From Gekko japonicus (Eukaryota): a DNA stretch of 64,000 bases. Under the pieces are notes generated by a model. It had not been told where the DNA came from. It was given only the letters and a program-made list of their open reading frames with translations, and ran no database searches. The stretch is from NCBI RefSeq assembly GCF_001447785.1, contig NW_015166439.1, positions 1-64,000 on the forward strand, in the 5' to 3' direction. Below are positions 1-11,200 of this stretch, piece by piece. A program made the position numbers and the translations under genes. Each line of letters begins with the position of its first letter. Within the stretch, counting starts at the first letter, position 1.

Positions 1-761
1 CCTGGAGAAGTTGGCATAACACATTGAACTTGGTTAGCTTCAAGGTTCATGATCATTCTTAACTCACCTTGGAGCTGATTCCCAGGTGAGGAGAGCTGGA
101 AACTTGCCACAAGAGTAGAAATGGCTAGTTACAAGCCATATCCTCAAATTCTTGAAGTAATACTAAAGTTTCTGAACGTGTGCAGAGTATTTTCTTCTTA
201 TCGTTTACACACAAAATAAGCTCAGACCAATCTGGAATTAGGGGAAAGTGCTTCAAGAAGGCTGGTGACCTCCAGTGCTTTTCAATTTGGAAATTCAACA
301 CCAGCAATAGCTTACTGCATATAGCCTCCAAGGCAAAAAACAAAACAAAACAAACAAACAAAAATCACTGGTGTCTTTGACTTATAGAATTCTCTAAAAC
401 CTGTTTAAGAAGTTGGGCGGGATGCCTGGAAGAAGTTGAAAACAAACAGGAACTTGCCGCTAATTAAACCATCCCTGCTCCACTAAGCCCTGGGGCTGTT
501 TTGAATACCAGGACTCAGCTTGGGGTTCAGTGAGATTACCTCTGAGCATGTGTAGAGCGTGACCTGTTTCTATCACTGCGAGACTGCATCAAGGATTCAA
601 GGTTAAGGTTTCTTACACAAAAGGGTGATTCTACACATATTTAGGGCCTGTCACATTTAAAAAAGTTAACTCCTTCAGGATTCCTCCTTGATTAAAAAAC
701 AAGATCACAAGAGCTGAAAAAGCTGGAAAAGAACCCAAGTATCCCAACAATTTCAGCAGCA

Positions 762-776
762 GCCACCAGAGGGCGC
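762..776 (+). promoter_or_regulatory. CTCF motif
   Basis: GCCACCAGAGGGCGC is a near-perfect CTCF core. Confidence 0.6.
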
Positions 777-1013
777 GGCCCTTTCAATGCTCAATAGCTG
801 TCCCATGTGGCAGTCTCTTCCCCTGTAGCTTAACCAAAGTCCTTCTAAAAGTGACTTTGTGGGGCATCTTTTCAGAGTGATCATTGCTTGGCTTAACCCT
901 TTCTCGCTCTCTTCCATCCCAACATAGAATGATGCAGTCTGAAAGCAGGGATCTTTGATGAGTACCACCTTGTGAGTAGATGAACCCTAGCATGTATCTG
1001 TCTGCAGTGCGGG

Positions 1014-1700
1014 CAGGGGTCATTTCCTGCAGGAGCGCACAGGAGCGGAGCTCTGGCAGTAAAGAGCCCAGGGGGTGGGCACATGCAACAAGCTCCGCCC
1101 CCTGCTCCCAGCAGCCCAGGGCCACGAGGAGCAAGAAGCAGCCAGGTAAGTTGCAGAGCCCCCCACGGCCCTAACGCTGAAGCGCAGAGCCTGGGGAAGG
1201 CCTCTGGAGCCCCACCACCCACCTTTCCTGGCACCTGGCTGGTGCGGGGTGGCGGTGGTAGGGGCTTGATTGGGGGGGCCATGTGGGTGGCGGGGCCTTG
1301 ATGAGGGGTAAGGGAGCTGCCCTTTCTTTCATTCTGTCCTTTTTTCCTTCTCCTTCTTTCCCTCCTTTCCCTCTCTCCCTCCCTCTTTCTCTTTTCCTCC
1401 TTTTCCTTCTCTTTTTCCCCCTCCTTCCTTCCTGCACATATCTGTGCGCTCCCCCTCCCGATAGCAATCCAAAACAGTCCAGTGGCACCTTTAAGGCCAA
1501 GGCTTATTCAGGGATAAGCTCTCCCTCCTCTGTGAGGGCAGATCTGCGCATCCCCCCCATAGCTAGCAATCCAAAACAGTCCAGTGGAGCCTGAGCAGTG
1601 GGTGTTGCCTTCTGACACACTTCCGGTGATGTCAGGGGGTGTGGCATATGCAAATAAGTTTGCTAATGAGCTCCTGCACCTTTTTCTATGAAATGACCCG
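1014..1700. mobile_element. Non-autonomous DNA transposon (hAT-like), GC-rich
   Basis: Ends CAGGGGTCATTTC ... GAAATGACCC; subterminal GGGGGTGTGGCATATGCAAAT shared with other MITEs in the window. Confidence 0.55.
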
Positions 1701-2817
1701 AATGCGGGACAAGTTCTTCAATGAAAGCCCATTGTTTGTGCCAACCTACAGAAAATGATAAACACCATTGCTTCCCTGGATAAGTTTTCCTTTGCAGAAA
1801 TGAACAGGGCCTTCCCCGTGCCAATATGTTACTGCCAGCTGGGACAAAAAGGCAAAATTGGTTGATTTTCGAGGGGTTGTTTTATATCCCAGGTGCTTTT
1901 CTGCTTATAGGAAGAAAACAGTAAGTGGCTATACTTTGCAGATATCAGTAAACAATGTGTGACAGTGTCCCCAAAGGACAAAGTCATCCAGCAACATCTC
2001 TAAAATAAAGTGCCATCTAGTCACAACCAATTTATGGCAACGGTCAGAGGTGGTTTGCCCTTGTCTGTCTCTGTGTAGCAACCCTGGACTTCTTTGGTGA
2101 GCTTCCATCCATCATGGCCAACCCTGCTTAGCTTCTCAGCTCTGCCAAAGTCAGGCTAGTCGGGGCTATTCAGGCTGCCCACATCACTGTATATTCTGAA
2201 AAAAAACAACCTAAACCAAAACCAGCTGGGAGGGATGCCTTCTGTCCTGGAGATTTAAGGATGGCCTTGCATCACTGTTCCCATGAGTTGCTTCATGTTT
2301 CCTAAACAGCAATGCACACACTGATTGGCTCATCTAAGCCACGGAACTTGTTCTGAAACTAAATAAAGCATTTTTCAGGAGGTATAACATTATATAACTT
2401 AGTTAAAAATAATTTAAGAAAATGCAACCTCCTGCAGCACTGCCCAGAAGCAACAGCTGTTAGGTTACTGGGTAGAAGAGTTTATTTTCAGATCACGGGG
2501 GGGGGTTCTAAAAACTAATCCTATTTTTTTAAAGAGTCAATCACTTATCATTTAACAACTGAGCAAAATGACAACATTTAGGTAGTAGGAGTATGTTAAA
2601 TTGCTGGGGGGGGGGAGGATAGCAAAGAATCCTTTTAGGAATAGACAGGAGAGCAATTCTAGGCACCAGGGGCTGGAACCTGGTGTCTGTAATGATTTGC
2701 CAAGCCCAGCCCCCTCTACCACACCACAACGATGTATTGCACTGTACTTCTAATGCTTGATCTCCGAAAGACATTTCTTTCCTCTCCCTGTGGTTCTTTA
2801 TGGCTCTTACCCCAAGG

Positions 2818-2947
2818 GCCCTGACCTGGATAGCCCAGGCTAGCCCGATCGCATCAGAACTCGGAAGCTAAGCAGGGTCGGCCTTGGCTAGTATTTGGAA
2901 GGGTGACCTCCAAGGAATACCAGGGTTGTGACCCAGAGGCAGACAAT
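2818..2947 (+). mobile_element. 5S rRNA-derived SINE (SINE3-type); another copy at ~2010-2178 (-)
   Basis: GCCCGATCGCATCAGAACTCGGAAGCTAAGCAGGGTCGGCCTTGGCTAGTATTTGG is 5S-like. Confidence 0.75.
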
Positions 2948-3123
2948 TTTGGGGGGGAGGTTTGAATCCCTAGTCTTAACATGGAAGACTGCTGGATAAC
3001 ATAGGCAAGACTACCTCACAGGGTTGTTGTTACGAGGAGGAAAGAAGTATGTCACAAGCTGCTTTCTCTCTGTTGAGGAGAATAGTGGAATAAATAAATT
3101 AATTAAATTAATAAATTAAATTA

Positions 3124-3251
3124 AGATAGATCCAGGTGGGTAGCCGTGTTGGTCTGAAGCAACAGAACGAAATCGGAGTCCAGTGGCACCTCGAAGACCA
3201 ACAATATTTTATTCGGGGTATGAGCTTTCGTGTACACGCACATTTCTTCAG
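3124..3251 (-). mobile_element. Penelope-like terminal fragment with minimal hammerhead motif
   Basis: Minus strand CTGAAGA-A-ATGTG-CGTG-TACAC-GAAA-GCTC-ATAC followed by the family tail TTGGTCTT..AGGTGCCACTGGACTC. Confidence 0.7.
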
Positions 3252-3293
3252 GACAAAGTTATCAACGCCATGGGAAAATGAACGCAAGACGCC

Positions 3294-3470
3294 TGCACTC
3301 TGAATCAGACCCCTCAGTCTGTCATGGTCAGCATCGTCTACTCAGACTGGCAGTAGTGTTCCTGCGTCTCAGTAGGAGGGTTTTCACATCACCTACCACC
3401 TGGTCTTTTCAAATGAAGATGCCAGAGTTTGGAGACCGTTTGCATGGTATTACTGAGCCACGTGGCCCCT
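3294..3470 (-). mobile_element. tRNA-derived SINE (Squam3-like)
   Basis: Matches the copies at 7126, 21783 and 39556. Confidence 0.7.
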
Positions 3471-3633
3471 TCCCTACCTGGACCCTGCAGCATGCAAGGA
3501 ACTCAGAGGCAGACCCTTCCCTTGCCTTCCCCCAGCAGCCTCACAGACTCCCCGAAAGTCAAAACGAGGGGCTCCCTGGCAGATACAGCCTCTCAAGAGA
3601 GGAGCCGAGGCATCTGTGTCATTCACAAGGGAG

Positions 3634-3811
3634 CAAAGTTCGAATCCAGTGGCACCTTTAAGACCAACAAAGTTCAATTCTGGGCATAAGCTTTCATGTG
3701 CATGCACACCTAACTTGTACCCGGAATTAAACTCTGCTGGTCTTAAAGGTGCCACTGGACTCAAACTTTGTTTTATTGCTTCAAACCAACACTGCTACCC
3801 ACCTAAATCTA
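3634..3811. mobile_element. Fold-back Penelope-like element
   Basis: Inverted arms TCCAGTGGCACCTTTAAGACCA / TGGTCTTAAAGGTGCCACTGGA; TSD CATTCACAAG(G/A)GAG at 3620-3633 and 3812-3825. Confidence 0.75.
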
Positions 3812-3901
3812 CATTCACAAGAGAGGTTCTGCAAAGATGGCATCCGTTAATGAAGGCACTCTGTACGTGCTCACAACATACCCACTCTGGTTCAGTATAA
3901 C

Positions 3902-4069
3902 CAGGGCTTTTTTTCTGGAAAAAGAGGTGCCGGAACTCTCAAGAGGGAAATGAAGTTTTCAATCTGTATACTGAAAACTCATGCACTTTTAAACATTAAA
4001 AAAAAATTTTTTTGCTGAAGAGGTTCCGGAATTCTGTTCTGATGCATTCTCCCAGGAAAAAAAGCCCTA
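3902..4069. mobile_element. hAT MITE
   Basis: TIR CAGGGCTTTTTT/AAAAAAGCCCTA; perfect 8-bp TSD AGTATAAC. Confidence 0.85.
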
Positions 4070-4339
4070 AGTATAACCAAAGCTAAACAAAACACCACGA
4101 GCACAACTAATGCCGTGGGAGGGGAAAAAGTCTGGGAACATTTACATGGGCTATTCGGCAGAACTGGTAATGGATCGGTGAAGGGTCGGCGATCTGCCCC
4201 CCCGGGCTGCCTCCTCTCCCCTCCCCCCCTCCTCAAAGCGGCACTTCCCATCCCATAATACACATGAACACATGAAGCGGCCTCATACTGAACCAGACCC
4301 TTGGTCCATCAAAATCAGATCCTTTCCCACCACCTACTA

Positions 4340-4635
4340 GAAGAAGAAGAGGAGGAGAAGAGATTGGATTTATACCCCGCCCTTCACTACCCAAAGGAGT
4401 CTCAGAGCGGCTTACAAACTCCTTTCCCTTCCCCTCCCCCCACAACAGACACCCTGTGAGGTGGGTGGGGCTGAGAGAGCTCTGACACAAACTGCTCTTT
4501 TTCAAGGACAGCTGTGCCAGAGCTTGTGACTGACCCAAGGTCACATCAGCAGGTGTAAGTGGAGGAGTGGGGAATCAAACCCGGTCCTCCCACATTAGAG
4601 TCTGCGCACTTAACCACTACACCAAACTGGCTCTT
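4340..4635 (-). mobile_element. tRNA/CORE-like SINE with L2-type tail, inserted in a Squam3-like SINE (4260-4700)
   Basis: Head AGCCAGTTTGGTGTAGTGGTTAAG, tail GGGCGGGGTATAAATCCAATCTC(TTC)n; family copies at 15487, 42438, 45276, 45604. Confidence 0.8.
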
Positions 4636-4775
4636 TTAACTGGAGATGGCAGGGATTGAACCTGGGACCTTCGGCATGCCAAGCTGATGTTCTACCAGAG
4701 CCCCACAGAAACAGCAAGACCCGAATGAGAAGCAAAGGGCTAAGAGAGGAAAATAAAACAATCTCACTTTGGTGT

Positions 4776-4781
4776 TTTATT
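4776..4781 (-). terminator. Probable BRMS1 polyadenylation signal AATAAA
   Basis: First AATAAA about 345 nt after the stop, followed by a U-rich tract. Confidence 0.6.
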
Positions 4782-5126
4782 GGAAGTCTCTTCAGAAAGA
4801 GGAACTGCTGCCAGACACACACACAGACACACATTCCTTCCCAAGCAGAGGAAGTGCACGCTTGGCAAGCACAGTAAGAACTGCAGCAAAAACAGCTGGG
4901 GGGGGGGGAATCCCCACACCAGGGCCTCAATCCATGATCCATCGGTGCCTCGAAGCTGGTAACTGCAGTGCGCTACAGGCTGGAGAGATTCTCCATTCTT
5001 CCCAGCTCGCGCTGGCCCAGGGAGGAGTGTATTGCTGCTTTGGGATCCTTTGGTTTCCTCGGAGATGCCTTGCCAGTTCCAGGAGAAGAAAGGGGACAAG
5101 TGCAAGTCCGTGGCCCTGACCGGGTG

Positions 5127-5244
5127 CTAGGCTTTGTGCACGGAGTATTTACCCTTCTGGAGCTGGGACACATAGATTTTGGTCTTGCTGCCGTCCTCCC
5201 TGCGGAGCCAGACTTCTCCAGTGCTGATGGCTGTGATCACGGCT
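5127..5244 (-). CDS. BRMS1: BRMS1 last coding exon
   Basis: ccctag|[38 protein letters not shown]; resembles BRMS1L C-terminus ([36 protein letters not shown]). Confidence 0.9.
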
Positions 5245-8200
5245 CTAGGGGAGAGGGACAGGGAGCAGCAGAGGTGAGCGACAAAGATCTCAGACCAAAC
5301 CAAACCTCCGCCTGTCCTCTTCAAATTCCTCACTGCTTCTGTGAACCCTTTTGTTCACCCACCACCCCCGTTTCTCACTACTATGGCCTGTATAGCTTGC
5401 ATCTGCCTCACTACCCCCACCAGGCAAGTCTTACTTTGTACACATCTGGGGGGCAAGGACTACTGTCTTTTGGGCTCACGCTATGAAGGGCCGTGTACAC
5501 CGATGGCCAGGTAAGAGCTGCACAGAACTGACAGCCCTCTAGGAAAGGGAACTGTTAGAAACAAGATGGGAGTTTTGAATGGATGGCTTGTTGAACTCAT
5601 GCCTGTTTGAAATTACCCACGGTTGATTTAATGATGCACCGCTAGCTTGCGCCTAGCGTGACTGATCTGTGTTTCGTGGCATGCTAGGCTGATGGCGTAA
5701 GCGTGTGGGTGAACGTGGCTGGGTGCGATTGCATCCCCTTGAGGGCTGCGTGAGGACAAGCGGCAACAAGCAGAAGAGTCTGTTCTGTTGCCTGCGGTGA
5801 ATGCAAGCTGCAAAAGCAGAAGGTAATTTTTTCCAGCCTGCAGGGAACTCAAAAGGGACACTGTGGGAGTGACGGCCTTCCCCCACGGCAGCCCTTCTAT
5901 AGTGGAGGCTTGACTATTTTGTAGTGGCAGATCAGGCCCCACCAGGCCTCCAGAATCAGCCCACCCCATCCTTCTGATCAAAAGGGAAGGAAATGTTTTC
6001 ACCAGGCTGACCCAAACAGAAGGCTGTGGTACCACCCGCCTGGATCTTGGCTCATCCCCACCCCGTCCCTAGACAGGAGGAAGACAGTGCAAAATTTGCA
6101 CGGCCTGAGACCCAAAGGACTATGAGACCCGCAAAGGGCAAGGGAAGGGCAGAATTCCCTTTACCTCCTGCTGGGATTCGCCAACTCGAATTGTATCAGC
6201 CGCGTATCAGGGCTGCCGGTCCCCCCAGACCATTGATGGGGGATAAGGGTTGCCACCTCCAGGTTGGGAAACTCCTGGAGATTTGGGGTCGAGCTTGGAG
6301 AGGACAGGGACCTCAGTGGGGTACAGTACCACAGAGTCCACCCTCCAAAGCATCCATTTTCTCCAAGGAAACTGTGATCTCCATAGTCTGGAGATGAGCT
6401 GTAATTTCAGGGAATCCCCAAGTTCTGCCTGGAGGCTGGCACCCCTACTAAATATGTTTGGAGGCGAAATGAGGGGCTTTTGGATTGCCTCGGTGTGAGC
6501 TTAATAAACATTAACTCTGTATTCAAGAACTTATCGCCCGGCTTTCTCTCTGTCTCACTCCTTCTCCTCTGGAATGGAGTAAAAGCCCTGCTGTTCAGAG
6601 TAGATTTGGGCAGAGGAGGCCCAATCTCGCTTTCTGCTCATTTGCACTGGGCCTGGGCTCTTTTGGCTCCTTCCTACCTGTCTCTTTCTCCCATTGATTT
6701 GGAACTGGTGACCTCAAGATGTAGGCTGGCCTGGACAGCTGAAGGGAGCTTCAAGGTAATTGTGACTTTGTAGATAGCTAGCTCCTAAGCTAAACAGCCT
6801 GTTCTATATTTTAACATCTGATAGAGCATGTATAGAGAGGGGGACAGAGGATTTGCGTTTTACCTATTTCTTTTGTATACCTTGCTCAATCTGGTGCTGT
6901 GTTATAAGTATGGTTATGAGCATTTTCTTTTTAATAAATACCTTATAACATAAAAAAAAAAAGATGTAGGTGGATTTTCAGCTGCCAGGACTCTTCTTCC
7001 TCATCCTAACCAGACCAGCGCCTCGCTTCAATTCTGGAACATTAAATCCACTCCCATGGAGGGAGGGGAAGACTACTTTACCCACAGTCCCCCCTACCTC
7101 AAATTTCACCTCAGCCAGCATTACAGGGGCTGTGGCTCAGTGGCAGAGCATCTCCTTGGCATGCAGAAGGTCCCAGGTTATATCCCCGGCATCTCCAGTT
7201 AAAAGATCTGGCAGTAGGTGATGTGAAAGACCTCTGCCTGGGACCCTGGAGAGCCGCTGCCAGTCTGAGTAGACAATAATGCAGTTTCATGTGTTCATGT
7301 AAAGGATCCCACCCAGTACTTCCCTGTCTCAGTGGCCCTATACCACTGGCCTGCTGGCACAAAAAGGCACATGCTGTAGGCATGGGCAGCTATACAAGGG
7401 GATAGATTCTTGGAGGATAGGTCTATTTGGCTACTAGCCATGGTGAAAATGGGAACCTCCATGTTCAGAGGTAGTCAACCTCTGAATCCCAGTGCCAAGA
7501 AGCAAAATCAGGGAAGGCCTCAGCCTCTATGCCCTGTTGTTGGCCCTCCAGAGGAACTGGTTGGCCACTGTGTGAGACAGGATGCTGGACTAGATGGACC
7601 ACTGGTCTGATACAGCAGGACTCTCCTTATGTTCTTATAACACAAGTTCAAGGCTCAGTCAAGGGAAGAGGGGGCAGTACAAGCCTATACCTTCTAAAAC
7701 GTTGATGCATCTGGCCAGGGCTGCTTCTATGATCATTTTGCACCAGGGTCAAATTGAAAGTAATGGGAGCTGCACAGGAGCCCTAGCAAAGGCATCCTGT
7801 TCCAGTTTCTATTCTCTGCAGTATCTTTATAAGGTCTCTTTACTGCCACTACTGAATCTGTTTACCATGTCTCACCCTTTGCTTTCCATAACTAGATTAT
7901 GTGTTAGTCTGCCCTGCTCATCAGCCAACAGCTGGACATGGTCCTCACCCACCCCTGAAGGGGCTTACTCTTTAATTGTTTGTTTTATTGCTGGCCTCTC
8001 CTTGTAACATTTCCCATCTTGTTGTTGCTTGCAGTTTTAAATATGAATATAGCTGCTATGGATTGTACAGTCTGTTGTATCTGATGAAGTGAGTTCTGAA
8101 AGCTTATGCTGGAATAAGTTTTTGTTAGTCTGTAGTGCTACTGGACTCAGCAGATTAAGGGGGCCACCCCCTTTGGAGTTCTCCTCCTTCCATGGGGAGG

Positions 8201-11200
8201 CAGTCTCAGACACAATGGGGCTTCATGGCTGATTGAGCCCAGTCTCCCCCCCCCCCCCCCCCCCCACCCTCCCCTTCGCGGGCACTCACTGGACGGGCGC
8301 CTCCTCCCCAACCTGCAAGGAGATGCTCTGCCCTTTGACGTAGACCTCGCCTTCGTAGTGGAGGTGGCCGTCTTCACAGTGAGCCGAGAACAGGGCCGGG
8401 GATGGCAGCTTCTCCGCCTTCACCGAGCCTGGAGGAAGGGAAGGAGAGGAAAAGCAGAAATTGAGGCTGCTAAGATGGTGGGCAGAGAAGGCAGCTGTAG
8501 TCGCTTAGGCATGGGGAACTTGGTGCAATGGGAAGGGAAGGAGAGGGTGCCGGAAGGAGGGGGGACAGGCCGTTTGCTGCCTGACCATGACAAGGAATTT
8601 ATTGCTATGCTTGATTCTGTTCATTTAGGGGTCAGCTGATACACTTCCTCCCATTACAGATGTGAAACATCTGGATGCCACAAGGAGACTTTTTAAAGTG
8701 GGAAATGCCAGTTGTTCGTGTGAACACAACAAGGAGAATTGCGGCATCTCAACAAAATTAAACGAGAGTCCAGTAGCACCTTGAAGACGAACATCATCTA
8801 GTCCAGCATAAGCTTTTATTACACCTGTGGCAGTGAGTTCTGACTCAAGCCAGCTCACGTTCCAATCAGTTTTGTTATCTGTTAAGGTGCCACTTTTACT
8901 GCAGTGGCCTAACATGACTACCCCTCTGTAATTAACGTCTAACGGATTCATGGTGGTGGAAACTTTCAGCGACTAGAACCCACTTGGTCGAGGAACACAG
9001 AACGCTACCCTAAATGGGCTGATTACAGAACTCATGTAAAACAAGTGGCCTTGAACTTTCCCTGAGACACACAGAAGGCAGCATATGAAGACATTTGATT
9101 AAAACAGCGTATAAAAAGATCACCACTGACACGCCAGCGCAAGAACCGTTCAAAACCAGCAACCCCCAAATAAATCAAAGCCAGTCCATGAAAGAAGCAT
9201 CCAGCGTTGTAAAATGCATGAAAGCAGCACTGTGCCTTTTAAAACAAATGTTGGTCAGGAATCACAGGAGCCAGAAGCGTCTATTAAAAATTATGTAAGA
9301 AGATGCCTATTTTTTAAAAAAAGCTAGGGAAGCAAACCTTTCTGCCTGGTGCCCCCCCCCCAAAGTAAATTGTGATTTGCCATCAGGCAAAATGCCGTAG
9401 GGAGCAATTTCTGAAGTCTGAGTGCCACAACAGGGGAAGACCCTGTCTCTGATTCTCACTAGCGGCCACAGACAGTGGGGGGCACACAGCGCAGGCCCTC
9501 TGCAGAAGGTGGGAGCACAATGGCCCCTGCTCGATTGACACAGGGCAGGGTTTTTAAAAGATTAAACTCTGCTTTAAATTGAGAAGCAAAAGAGGGGCCA
9601 GTAAAGATTTCATAGCCTGCAGCCAATCTCACTGCTGCGTTTTGAACCATATGAAATTTACGGACGGTCTTCAAAGGTTGCTCCTTGTAAAGTGCATGGC
9701 AGTTGTCCATCCTGAATGTAATTAACCCATGGGCTAACTCTCAAAAAAGGGCAACAGCTGGTTCAAGGCACCTACATGCTACAGAAGACGTTTGCCCCTC
9801 CATCTGCAGACCTGTGACTAATAGCAACAAGTCCTGGATGAAGAGAAGCAACCTTGCTGATAAATTTTAGTTGAGCAAAATTGCTGAACTAGAACTTATT
9901 GGCAAGCATGACCCTGTTTGTTGAACTTGTTCCTTTCTATTAGATGTTTGAAATTAGCCTACCAAAACAAGAAAGGCTGTGTGTGACTGCCAGTTCTGTC
10001 ATGAATGGGGATGCTGTTCTGTCTTGTATACATCTGGACAGTTCAAAGAAACAACACAGGCAAGACCTCTTGCCCACTGTTTACAATTTCTTCTCTCCTT
10101 GCCCACATATATACACACATCAGCTGAGGATAACACTCCTTATTTCTGGCAACAGCGCTTCCTGAATCTATTCCATGAAAATGTCTGCCACAATAAATCA
10201 ATTTGTCTGCTACATGACACAAGACCCCGTTTTTTTGTTTTTACCAAGACAAACATACTTTATTCTTTGGAATCCATTACTTCCAGGAATTCATCCACTT
10301 TAGGAAGACAGGCTTCCTAGCTAATAGATTTCAGAAACCATTTGTAATTCGGAACGGGGGTGGGGCAGGGGAAGTGAGGAAAGGAAGGCTTTTAGGTGGC
10401 ATGGTGCTTTGCGTGTGCTTCTCCACCATCTGCATACCACAACCAATTAAGTAACCTAGCCTTGCTCCCTTCTGCATAAATTCACTTTGCTTCCACACCC
10501 TGTTGTGTTCCAAATAACTGGGCCTTTTTCTGTGAAGAGAGGAGTGGCAGGAGCAAAGGGTGGAAGGAAGGTTGGGGATGCCCAGGATGAAAAGCTGCAG
10601 AGGGCTCCAGAACAACTTCCCATCCACCCCTAGTCATCTCAGAACTCAACAGACACTGTCCACATATTTTCCAAGTTCACCTTCATGACCGTCAGGACTT
10701 GAAGCTTGCTTTTTTTTTAAAAAAAAAAAGTAATCCAAGACCCTGAGGAACACTACATTTGATGCAAAGATAAAACCATTCAGAGCACAACAAGCCCTTA
10801 AGGACCTGGGGAAGGGTGGTTGCAACTGGATCAGTGCTCTGGTTAGCTACGCATTCTCCCAGACATGCTGCTGCATGGACAGCAGGAAAAGAAAAGAGTA
10901 CCACACATTTCTCCTTTGCACCAATTCTCCTCGCAGCCAGGGGGAAAGAACAAAGCACTTGCCTTCTATCTTCCTCTTCGGAGGGGACACTGCGGATTTA
11001 GCCTGGGAAGGAAGAACAAGGCAGTGAGAAGAAGACCCTCGGGTACTGTTCTCTGCTCCAAGGCAGAGACCCAGCCGGAGTCAGATAAAGGGATTGGGGA
11101 GGAAACCCAGACTTCAGCCCCCTTCTGCCAGCACTGGGGACGGAATATATTAAGATCAGAGCATCAAAGTATAGCTAAGGGACTGGGAAGCCCCCAATCT

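Noticed and set aside
5631-5692. C/D box snoRNA (ATGATG...CTGA)
   Set aside because: Imperfect C box, antisense to the host gene, no terminal stem or recognisable guide; kept only as an unexplained structured region.
7126-7200. tRNA-Ala-like sequences (also 39556, 43165, 43687, 63262)
   Set aside because: These are SINE heads: broken stems and continuation into a shared SINE body.
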